A stretch of 56,230 bases of DNA from Fibrobacteria bacterium. GTDB lineage: Bacteria > Fibrobacterota > Chitinivibrionia > Chitinivibrionales > FEN-1185. Below, piece after piece: positions 1 to 7,834 of this stretch (position 1 is the stretch's first letter; each line of letters begins with the position of its first letter). The notes beneath the pieces were generated by a model. That model worked only from the letters and a program-made list of their open reading frames with translations, did not search any database and was not told the DNA's origin. The position numbers were made by a program, and so were the translations under genes. The stretch is from NCBI GenBank assembly GCA_037447435.1, contig JBBIGR010000035.1:1-56230 (forward strand), given 5' to 3'.

Positions 1-1
1 G

Positions 2-460
2 TTCAATGCGACGAGCATGGGCAGTTACTACATTCTCTGTTCGCAATATTGCGGCAGGCAGCATTCGGCAATGATTTCGAAACTGTACGTGGTGTTGCCC
101 GATCAATACGAAGCCTGGCTGGCGGGCAAGCACATTCAGCTTTCAAGCGATTCCATGTGGGCGAACATGCCCAAAGGAGAGGCGCTATTGTATGAACGCG
201 GCTGCACGTCGTGCCATTCGGTGACCGGCAACCCCATGGTTGGCCCTACCCTCAAAGGTTTGTTCGGCTCGCAGGTTCATGTGCAAACCGCAGGCGCATC
301 GAGAACCGTTACGGCCGATTCCGCTTACATACGCGAATCCATCATTCAGCCCAATGCCGACATCGTGGATGGGTATCCAAACACCATGCCGCCCGGCAGG
401 GATGTACTTTCCGATGAGGAAATCGACACCGTAATCGATTATTTAAAAACGATAAAGTGA
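2..460 (+). CDS. coxB: Cytochrome c oxidase subunit II with fused C-terminal cytochrome c (caa3-type), 5'-partial
   Basis: CuA motif CSQYCGRQHSAM; heme c motif CTSCH with distal Met (NTMPP); frame is open to the window edge. Confidence 0.9.
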   Translation, partial: FNATSMGSYYILCSQYCGRQHSAMISKLYVVLPDQYEAWLAGKHIQLSSDSMWANMPKGEALLYERGCTSCHSVTGNPMVGPTLKGLFGSQVHVQTAGASRTVTADSAYIRESIIQPNADIVDGYPNTMPPGRDVLSDEEIDTVIDYLKTIK

Positions 461-506
461 TCCTACTCAGGTTGGCATGAAGGCCAATCCGAGCCTCCTG
501 TTTATT

Positions 507-761
507 ATGAAGAAAAAAATTAATTATACCGATGGCGAAATTGGAGAGATTGAAATCGTTAAAGACTTTCTTCCTTCGCCGTCTGAATTGGCCAGACGTG
601 AAAGCAATGTCCGTGTGACAATCAATTTAAGAAGGTCGAGCGTTGATTTTTTTAAAAATGTTGCCCGGAAAAATAATGTGCAATATCAACGCGTTATTCG
701 CTCGTTACTGGACACATATGCTATTTCATATGCCAATAAAAAATCAAAAACCAGGGTTTAA
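507..761 (+). CDS. BrnA/CopG-like ribbon-helix-helix antitoxin-type protein (orphan)
   Basis: DFLPSPSEL...VTINL...SVDFFK...QYQRVIRSLLD pattern; start taken at ATG 507 (alternative 477). Confidence 0.7.
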   Translation: MKKKINYTDGEIGEIEIVKDFLPSPSELARRESNVRVTINLRRSSVDFFKNVARKNNVQYQRVIRSLLDTYAISYANKKSKTRV

Positions 762-788
762 TAAGATTTTCTTGTATCGAAAATCGCT

Positions 789-1661
789 TTGACAATGCAA
801 AAAGTATTTAAAACCTTCCCAGCACTAACCCGTCTGCGGCTTTCCCTGGTCATTGCCTTTTCGGCAATTGTCGGATATGTCTGCGCGGGACATGAAATTT
901 CTTGGAAACTAACAATTGTCTTTGTCGGGGTGGCCTTGCTTTCCGCGGGAGCGTCGGCGTTTAACCAGGTGCAGGAAAAAGACCTCGATGCGCGTATGGA
1001 ACGGACGCAGGACCGGCCTTTACCGACAGGTAAATGGTCGGTGCGCCAGGCGCTTTATATTGCAATACTTTTGTCGACGAGCGGATTTTTCCTTCTTGTA
1101 TTTTGGACAAATTTTCTTGCCGCTATGCTGGGTGCTTTTACGCTGGTATGGTATTGCGGCATCTATACGCCGCTCAAGCGGAAAACCCTTTTCGCGCTGC
1201 CGGTCGGGGCATTGACAGGTGCGCTTGCGCCGCTCATCGGCTGCGCAGCCGCAATAGGGCATATTCAAATTTCGGCGATAGGCATAGGGCTTTTCCTTCT
1301 CTTCTGGCAGGTACCGCATTTTCTTATTATGCTGCTCAAATACGGTCATCAGTATCAAAACGCCGGTTTTCCTTATTTGTCGATGCTGAACGATTTGCCG
1401 CGTTTTAAGCGAATCGTTTTTGTTTGGATTGTCGCCGCATCGGTGACCACGCTCGTATTTCCGCTTTTTTATATTGTATCCACCGCATTGCTGATCATCG
1501 TTCTCATTTTAATCAACATTTTATTTTTAGCCTATACCGCTGGTTGGGCTCTGCGCGGCGTTTATGCCCAAAGGTATAAAGGAATGTTCCGTGTTCTCTA
1601 TTTGTATCAGGCTGCCGTTCTTGGTATCGTGGTTGCGCAAGGGCTGACCATATACCCCTAA
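789..1661 (+). CDS. ctaB: Protoheme IX farnesyltransferase (heme O synthase)
   Basis: NQVQEKDLDARMERTQDRPLPTG, YTPLKRK and FWQVPHF motifs; multiple TM helices; cox context. Confidence 0.93.
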   Translation: MTMQKVFKTFPALTRLRLSLVIAFSAIVGYVCAGHEISWKLTIVFVGVALLSAGASAFNQVQEKDLDARMERTQDRPLPTGKWSVRQALYIAILLSTSGFFLLVFWTNFLAAMLGAFTLVWYCGIYTPLKRKTLFALPVGALTGALAPLIGCAAAIGHIQISAIGIGLFLLFWQVPHFLIMLLKYGHQYQNAGFPYLSMLNDLPRFKRIVFVWIVAASVTTLVFPLFYIVSTALLIIVLILINILFLAYTAGWALRGVYAQRYKGMFRVLYLYQAAVLGIVVAQGLTIYP

Positions 1662-1826
1662 TCCGTTGCCGGGCAATCGCATAGTTTAAGGCACGCTACG
1701 AATTTTGCATCCGTGAAAATCCCCTCGCAAGGATTTCTTTCTCAATTTGTAGAAAAGCAATTCTTGTTTTTGCGAAAAATGAAATTAATTTCTTATTTTT
1801 AAATGCATACGGTAAATATGCCGCGG

Positions 1827-1842
1827 TGGCATACTGTTTGCT
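1827..1842 (+). promoter_or_regulatory. sigma54 (-24/-12) promoter
   Basis: TGGCATACTGTTTGCT, GG-N10-GC, ~37 bp before ATG 1879. Confidence 0.7.
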
Positions 1843-1878
1843 TAAGTATTGTTCCATTTTCACACTGGAGGTCTTTGC

Positions 1879-2376
1879 ATGACGCAAAAACAGAACATAC
1901 GACTTTTGCTGGTTACCGGATTAGCTGTTGTTTCTTTCGGCGGGTGGCTGCTTCATTTGCGGATTCATCCTGTCGGCGACGACCCGACGCATTGGATTCC
2001 CTTTATCACCGGGTTAATCAGTATAATCGTTATTCCCGCAATGTTCTTATCCAAAAAAACCCTTCCGTATGCCTACATTCTCAATGGAATGTTCGTCATT
2101 ATCGGGACCATCACAATGGCTCACGTATCGGTCCCCAAACTTGCTGAGAACCTGTCTTTCGCAACGGTTTTCGTGGGCACGTTATTAGCCGATATCGCCA
2201 TTCTCTGGGTCAATTTTTTCCTTGGGAAATCAATTTTCGAATTGAACATGTTCACGGCCATGGACGCGGCAGTGAGAAAAGGCAGGTTTTTCAGATATCC
2301 GAATATGGGGTATTGGGGCGTCCATGCGGTTTCATTAACAATTGTATATGTCCTTGGCCGTTTACTTTGGAAATAG
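1879..2376 (+). CDS. His-containing multi-pass membrane protein of unknown function
   Basis: RBS GGAGG before ATG 1879; about 5 hydrophobic segments; His in or next to helices (LLHLRIHP, MAHV, GVHAV). Confidence 0.8.
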   Translation: MTQKQNIRLLLVTGLAVVSFGGWLLHLRIHPVGDDPTHWIPFITGLISIIVIPAMFLSKKTLPYAYILNGMFVIIGTITMAHVSVPKLAENLSFATVFVGTLLADIAILWVNFFLGKSIFELNMFTAMDAAVRKGRFFRYPNMGYWGVHAVSLTIVYVLGRLLWK

Positions 2377-2385
2377 GGGGTTGCG

Positions 2386-2478
2386 ATGCATAGATTTTTA
2401 TTATGGAAACCCGGTTGGTGGATTTTACACGTTGTTGCCATTGTCTTCATGTTTTGGCTTGGACATTTCATGCACTGA
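2386..2478 (+). CDS. 30-aa single-TM microprotein MHRFLLWKPGWWILHVVAIVFMFWLGHFMH
   Basis: Not in the ORF track; RBS-like AGGGGG upstream; resembles the last TM helix of the upstream protein. Confidence 0.7.
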   Translation: MHRFLLWKPGWWILHVVAIVFMFWLGHFMH

Positions 2479-2529
2479 TGATGATTGAAACCGGAAAAGT
2501 AACCTCGTAAAAATACGGGAATTTATATC

Positions 2530-2976
2530 GTGACCATTTTCGATTATGCAAAAAAGCTCGAAAAGGACAGTGAGGCGTTTTATCGCGACCTGTCCGAAAG
2601 TTGTTTTGAGATAGGCACCGTCGATATACTGACGCGACTTGCGGATGAAGAAGTGAAACATTTTAAAGTGTTGGAAGCATTGGAAATCGGCGTGGACCTT
2701 GGGGTCGAAAACTCGGACATTCTGCAAAGTGCTGCCAATGTAATTGACCAAATACGGGGCAAAATAGGAAATTCCAGAGGAGAACTCCCGGAAGCGGAAG
2801 CTTTCGCGCTTGCCCTTGATTTGGAACAAAAAAGTTGGGAGTTTTATGAAGATTGCGCGTTAAAAGCGCTTGAAAGCAGGCAAACCGAGATTTTTTCCAA
2901 ATTAGCGATACAGGAACACGAGCATTACCAAACCGTCGAATTAATGAGCGAATTTTTTATTGATACTCAAGAATAG
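2530..2976 (+). CDS. Ferritin-like / rubrerythrin-family diiron protein lacking a rubredoxin domain
   Basis: Two E...ExxH halves (LEKDSEAFY...[15 protein letters not shown]...QEHEH). Confidence 0.85.
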   Translation: MTIFDYAKKLEKDSEAFYRDLSESCFEIGTVDILTRLADEEVKHFKVLEALEIGVDLGVENSDILQSAANVIDQIRGKIGNSRGELPEAEAFALALDLEQKSWEFYEDCALKALESRQTEIFSKLAIQEHEHYQTVELMSEFFIDTQE

Positions 2977-3007
2977 ACCGTCCTTAACAAATCTAAAGGA
3001 GAAAACC

Positions 3008-3589
3008 ATGGAACATAAACTGCCGAATTTGCCGTATGCAATGGAGGCTCTGGTGCCGCTTATATCAAAAGAGACGTTGGAATATCATTATGGAAAACAT
3101 CATGCGACATACGTGGCAAACCTTAACAAGTTCATCGTGGGAACCGAATTCGAGAACATGTCGCTTGAAAATATCGTACAAAAAGCAACGGGACCGATAT
3201 TCAATAATGCGGCCCAAATTTGGAACCACACGTTTTATTGGAATTGCCTGATGCCCTCCGGCGGCGGGGAACCCAACGGTATCGTTTCCAAAGCCATTGC
3301 GGACAATTTCGGTTCGTTTACAAAGTTTAGGGATGAATTCACCAAAACCGCCATCGGCACATTCGGCTCGGGTTGGGCATGGCTTTCGAAAACCGCAGAC
3401 GGCAAGTTGACCATAGAAAGCACCAGCAATGCCGGCACTCCGCTGAAAGACAATAAGGTGCCCCTTCTAACCTGCGATGTATGGGAACACGCGTATTATA
3501 TCGATTACCGCAATAACCGTGCGGCGTATGTCGAGGGTTTTTGGAAACTGGTCAATTGGTCGTTCGTTGAAAAAAACTTGCAGCAATAA
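3008..3589 (+). CDS. sodB: Superoxide dismutase [Fe]
   Basis: [34 protein letters not shown] and TSNAG are Fe-type signatures; RBS AAGGAG. Confidence 0.95.
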   Translation: MEHKLPNLPYAMEALVPLISKETLEYHYGKHHATYVANLNKFIVGTEFENMSLENIVQKATGPIFNNAAQIWNHTFYWNCLMPSGGGEPNGIVSKAIADNFGSFTKFRDEFTKTAIGTFGSGWAWLSKTADGKLTIESTSNAGTPLKDNKVPLLTCDVWEHAYYIDYRNNRAAYVEGFWKLVNWSFVEKNLQQ

Positions 3590-3605
3590 TTGGTTCCGAT
3601 TCTCG

Positions 3606-3647
3606 ACCGATTGTAGAGCCGCCGCACAAGGCGTCTCTACAATCGGT
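3606..3647. repeat. GTAG-type REP-like palindrome / bidirectional terminator
   Basis: 13-bp perfect stem ACCGATTGTAGAG/CTCTACAATCGGT with inner CGCC/GGCG, between convergent genes. Confidence 0.6.
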
Positions 3648-3698
3648 ATAATCGTTTGTAGTTTGCGGGTCCGTTTGGTCCTTGCAACCGAACCTCTT

Positions 3699-4721
3699 TT
3701 ACGAAGGTCTTCTTTCCCTGTCTTGCGATTCGATCATCCAACCCGGGTATTCCGACGGCAAAGCGCTGTAGGCGTCTAATGCCGCAACGTCTTCTTCGGA
3801 CAATTTCGTGTTCGTCGCAGCCAAATTATCGTCGAGCTGCAACGGTGTCTTCGCGCCGATAATGACGCTGGTGACATAGGGCTTGGACAAAAGCCACGCA
3901 AGGGCGACGCGGGACACCGAAATCCCCATGCCGGTTGCGATTTTGCGCATGGCATTGACAACCGCGGCGGCGCGGACCTTGTCGACAGGCGGGAAATCGA
4001 ACGACGTTCGCCGGGAGCCTTCGGGGCCCGGATTTTCGAAATCGAATTTGCCGGTCAATAATCCGCCGGCAAGCGGGCTCCAGGGCAGAAGCGCAAGCCC
4101 CTCCTCTTTAACAAATGGTACTATTTCCCGTTCGATGTCCCTGCTTGCGATGGAATAATACATTTGGGCGCTCACGAAGCGCGCTTTCCCGTTCGCGCTG
4201 CCGTAGGCAAGGGCTTTCATGGCCTTATAGGCGGCGAGATTGCAAAACCCCACATAACGCACTTTTCCGCTTTTTACCACATCGTCAAGCGCACGGACGG
4301 TTTCTTCGATCGGCGTTTCACGGTCGGTGCCGTGGATCTGGTACAAATCCACATAGTCGAGTTTCAATCGCGATAGGCTCGCGTCGATTGCCGACAGGAT
4401 ATGACTTCGCGACAATCCGACCTGGTTGGGACCCGGGCCGGTCCGGCCGCGGACTTTTGTCGCGACAATGACCTGGTCGCGCGGTTTGTTGATTTTAGCG
4501 AGTGCGGCGCCGACCAGGCGTTCCGATTCGCCTTCGGAATAGACGTCGGCGGTGTCGATAAAGTTCACGCCCGCATCGAAAGCGGTTTGGATGAAGCCGT
4601 CGACTTCCGATTGCGTCATTTTACCGACGACTTCCCAGAATCCCTTTCCGCCGAAAGTCATGGTACCCAGACACAGCTCGGAAACGAATAAACCTGTTTG
4701 CGCAAAAGGCCGGTAATGCAT
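3699..4721 (-). CDS. Aldo/keto reductase
   Basis: LCLGTMTFG, FIDTADVY, VATK, YVDLYQIH, WSPLAGGLLTGK; RBS favours ATG 4721 over 4742. Confidence 0.93.
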   Translation of the reverse strand: MHYRPFAQTGLFVSELCLGTMTFGGKGFWEVVGKMTQSEVDGFIQTAFDAGVNFIDTADVYSEGESERLVGAALAKINKPRDQVIVATKVRGRTGPGPNQVGLSRSHILSAIDASLSRLKLDYVDLYQIHGTDRETPIEETVRALDDVVKSGKVRYVGFCNLAAYKAMKALAYGSANGKARFVSAQMYYSIASRDIEREIVPFVKEEGLALLPWSPLAGGLLTGKFDFENPGPEGSRRTSFDFPPVDKVRAAAVVNAMRKIATGMGISVSRVALAWLLSKPYVTSVIIGAKTPLQLDDNLAATNTKLSEEDVAALDAYSALPSEYPGWMIESQDRERRPS

Positions 4722-4751
4722 AGGGAGTGTCCTTTCGTCCATAGAATGCGA

Positions 4752-5561
4752 TTATTGATTTTGTGTCGAAACCGGTACGACCACGTTTTCGGCAAAGATA
4801 TCGTGAAGGAAAATTTCCATATCTTTCCAAGAACGCTGCGCCGCGAGTGGATTATAGGCCATGCCTTTGCTCTTGTCGTTGCCTGCCGCCGGATTGGTGA
4901 AGGCATGCACCGCATTGCCGAAGTAAACCATTTGCCAGTCGGCGCCGGCTTTGCGGAGCGCATCCTGGAAATGCGCGATGGTATCGGCCTTGACATTTGG
5001 GTCGTCGGCGCCGTGCAGCACAAGAATTTTTGCTTTAATATTTGGCGCGTCTTCGGGTTTTACCGAAAACAGGCCGCCGTGAAACGATACGACGCCCTTT
5101 GCCTTTGCGCCACTGTAAGCAAGTTCCAAAACCCCGGTGCCGCCGAAGCAAAAGCCTATGGCCGCCATACGGTTGGAATCTACATTGTCAAAATGTTTCA
5201 ACTCGGCGAAACCGGCGGCCACCCTTTGACGCATAAGAGGTGTTCCCCGGACGCCGGCTGCCAGTTTTGCCGCGACCGACATATCCGTCGTGTTTTTGCC
5301 GTTGCCGTACATATCGACCGCTAATGCGACATAACCCATTTGTGCGAGCCGTTTTGCCTGTGTTTTTGAAAAATCATTAAGGCCCCACCATTCATGAACC
5401 ACCAATACGCCGGGAAGCTTGCCTTTGAGGGAGTCATTATAAGCGACAAACCCTTTGAATGTCGTCGTGTCGATTTTATATTCGTAATCTTTAAATACCA
5501 TTTTTGCCTGCGCTGCCAAAACCATGCCAATCGTTATCACGATACCGGCGATTTTAATCAT
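4752..5561 (-). CDS. Dienelactone hydrolase family protein with signal peptide
   Basis: VHEWWGLN, GFCFGG nucleophile, HGADD, VHAFTNP. Confidence 0.92.
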   Translation of the reverse strand: MIKIAGIVITIGMVLAAQAKMVFKDYEYKIDTTTFKGFVAYNDSLKGKLPGVLVVHEWWGLNDFSKTQAKRLAQMGYVALAVDMYGNGKNTTDMSVAAKLAAGVRGTPLMRQRVAAGFAELKHFDNVDSNRMAAIGFCFGGTGVLELAYSGAKAKGVVSFHGGLFSVKPEDAPNIKAKILVLHGADDPNVKADTIAHFQDALRKAGADWQMVYFGNAVHAFTNPAAGNDKSKGMAYNPLAAQRSWKDMEIFLHDIFAENVVVPVSTQNQ

Positions 5562-5581
5562 GATGCCTCCTTACTGCTTTA

Positions 5582-6043
5582 CTATAGCGCCGCGTCTTTG
5601 ATGGTGATTATTGATCCGTCAAGAACAGCCGAAAATGCGGGCAGGTCTTTTTTTGCCGGACCATGAGTCACTTTTCCGGATCCGTCGAATTGCGATCCGT
5701 GGCAAGGGCATTTGATTGCATTGTTTTTCGGGATTGGTACTTCACAGCCGAAATGCGTGCATTTGGAAGAGAATGCCGCAACCGTTGTTTCGGATATCCT
5801 GCTTACGATTATCGGTCTTCCTTTGTCGTGAGGATTCGCTATTTTCAAAGCGCCGCCGACATTTGCCAGGTCGCTGTTTTCCGGTTTGCTGATGTCAAGC
5901 ATAATCGGGCTCATAGGAAGTTGCGGTTTGCCGCTGCTTGCATGCACCTCGAGTCCGATAACCGGGGCCGCTATCGCTGCTGCAATTGCGGTTGTCCCGA
6001 GATTTAAGAGGAAGTCGCGTCTTGATTGCCTTTTGTCTTCCAT
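5582..6043 (-). CDS. Tat-exported Rieske [2Fe-2S] protein
   Basis: SRRDFL Tat motif; CTHFGC and CPCHGSQF. Confidence 0.92.
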   Translation of the reverse strand: MEDKRQSRRDFLLNLGTTAIAAAIAAPVIGLEVHASSGKPQLPMSPIMLDISKPENSDLANVGGALKIANPHDKGRPIIVSRISETTVAAFSSKCTHFGCEVPIPKNNAIKCPCHGSQFDGSGKVTHGPAKKDLPAFSAVLDGSIITIKDAAL

Positions 6044-6223
6044 AAGGCCTCCCTTTTTTACTATTCTTTCGTATTATAAATAATCAATAAACATGCCAAC
6101 TTTTGGGTGGTTTCAATAAGGGGCTTGTGGAATAAATAGCAGTTTGATTGCTTCGGGCAAACCATGGTCTCATGCGTATCGGCGAATGAGGAAGATATAA
6201 TTATGACTGAAAGCGGAAAAGGG

Positions 6224-6271
6224 AAAAACAATCCCGATATTTTTCGCTTTTGGGAAAACTATCGGGATTGT
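6224..6271 (-). terminator. Intrinsic terminator after the Hsp20 gene
   Basis: Stem ACAATCCCGATA/TATCGGGATTGT followed by a T-run on the minus strand. Confidence 0.65.
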
Positions 6272-6305
6272 GCCGGCTTGTTTGCGATAGGGTTTGCCTC
6301 TTGCA

Positions 6306-6749
6306 TTAATCTCCGACCTTGACCTCTATTGCTTTTGAAACTGATTGACCGGTTTTTTTAATCCATAGTTCCAATACGCCGTTTTTGTAATGTGCTTCGA
6401 TTTTCTTTTCGTCTACATGTGTCGGCAGCGAGAATGACCGCCTAAATGTTCCGTAACTCCTTTCAAAATGATAGTAATTTCCTTTTTTTGTTTCGCGTTT
6501 CATTTCTTTCTTCTCACCGTAAATCGTGAGTGTTCTGCCGTCGACGCTTATGGAAATGTCGTCTTTTTCCATTCCGGGAAGATCAGCTTTGAGCACAAAA
6601 TTATCGCTTTCCTCGAGAATGTCGATTCTTGGCCACATAGTACCGGTCATTTCACGATCCCACCTATTGAAAAAGCTCTCTTCCAGAAATTCGTCGAAAA
6701 AAGAATTGACAAGCGTTTCAGGCCTTTCATGTCTCATGAGTCCTGCCAT
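6306..6749 (-). CDS. Hsp20/alpha-crystallin small heat shock protein
   Basis: ADLPG, ERSYGTFRRSFSLP, AHYKNGVL; RBS GGAGGTG before ATG 6749. Confidence 0.93.
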   Translation of the reverse strand: MAGLMRHERPETLVNSFFDEFLEESFFNRWDREMTGTMWPRIDILEESDNFVLKADLPGMEKDDISISVDGRTLTIYGEKKEMKRETKKGNYYHFERSYGTFRRSFSLPTHVDEKKIEAHYKNGVLELWIKKTGQSVSKAIEVKVGD

Positions 6750-6937
6750 AATCGTCACCTCCATTCTTAAAAATTTGTTCGTTGTATATTACGGAAAAAT
6801 CCGGTACGGAATTTACATAAAACCGCATATTCGGACAATAAATTCGAACTATAGGTATGGAAATAATGACATCGTTTCGAGCGGCTAACCGATGTGTTTG
6901 TAATGAAAGAAAAGCCGAATTTTAAACGCTTTTATTA

Positions 6938-6953
6938 CGGCATGCCGTTTGCT
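6938..6953 (+). promoter_or_regulatory. sigma54 promoter
   Basis: CGGCATGCCGTTTGCT upstream of the cupredoxin gene. Confidence 0.6.
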
Positions 6954-7007
6954 TTTATCTTTTATAATAAAAAGTTATTTGTTCCCTCCAGAAAAAAGGA
7001 GGTACAC

Positions 7008-7658
7008 ATGAAACAGAAAAACAAAAAACAAAAATTATTCCAAACCGGACTCGGTTGCGCAATCATATTACTTTTGGTTCAGAGTTTAGGAGCCACAACA
7101 CATACGGTTCAATTTGGAGGATCGCACGGTTTTGCCTATTCACCCACAGCATTTACCGCAGAAGTAGGCGATACGGTGATGTGGCAAGGTGATTTTTCCG
7201 TGCATCCTTTGAGCTCCACCACTATTCCTGCAACAGCGACATCATGGCATTCCGGGACTGGTTCGAGTTTTTCCTATGTCATAAAAGTCGCCGGATCATA
7301 CAATTATAAATGCGATGTTCATGTTTCGCTCGGAATGGTCGGAACCTTTGTTGCAACAGAGTCCGCAGTGATTTCAAAATTCACTAATACCTCGTTGCAA
7401 ACGCAGGATTTATCCCTTGAAGCGCTCAATGCTTCGGGAATCGTGACCATAAAATTCGGCACCAAACAAAGCAGGTCGCTAAAACTGCAGGTTTTTGATA
7501 TTGCAGGCAAGGAACTTGGAACAATTTTTAACAACCGGGTTTTACCGGGAAGCTATTCCGTGGGACTCGGAAGTATTGCAAAAGCCAAAGGGTTTTATTT
7601 TATTAAACTCTCATCGGTCGATGCCCAAAGAGTAGCGCTTGTTTTTAATGCAAATTAA
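7008..7658 (+). CDS. Secreted plastocyanin-like cupredoxin with T9SS-like C-terminal domain
   Basis: Signal peptide; GDTVMW, H(PL), CDVHxxxGM type-1 Cu ligands; tail VFDIAGK...GSY...KGFYFIKL; RBS AGGAGG. Confidence 0.85.
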   Translation: MKQKNKKQKLFQTGLGCAIILLLVQSLGATTHTVQFGGSHGFAYSPTAFTAEVGDTVMWQGDFSVHPLSSTTIPATATSWHSGTGSSFSYVIKVAGSYNYKCDVHVSLGMVGTFVATESAVISKFTNTSLQTQDLSLEALNASGIVTIKFGTKQSRSLKLQVFDIAGKELGTIFNNRVLPGSYSVGLGSIAKAKGFYFIKLSSVDAQRVALVFNAN

Positions 7659-7739
7659 AAACGTTTTTCAAATTAGGAATGGGTTTTGCGTTTTTGAGAA
7701 TTTTTACAGGAATTTCGCGGCAGATATAGTAGATTTTGA

Positions 7740-7780
7740 GGGTGAAAAGCAGGCAAACGGATTTTGCCTGCTTTTCGCCC
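7740..7780 (+). terminator. Hairpin / probable terminator
   Basis: GGGTGAAAAGCAGGCAAA/TTTGCCTGCTTTTCGCCC followed by TTT. Confidence 0.6.
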
Positions 7781-7834
7781 TTTCCTATTTTATGGTCTTG
7801 ACATTGTCATGTAAGGTGAAGGTGTAACCGCAGT

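Noticed and set aside
6150..6300. GGCAAACC as a c-di-GMP-I riboswitch
   Set aside because: The downstream GNRA stem and GCAAAGC elements are missing.
6750..6893. CIRCE or ROSE element before the Hsp20 gene
   Set aside because: No TTAGCACTC-N9-GAGTGCTAA and no convincing thermometer hairpin.
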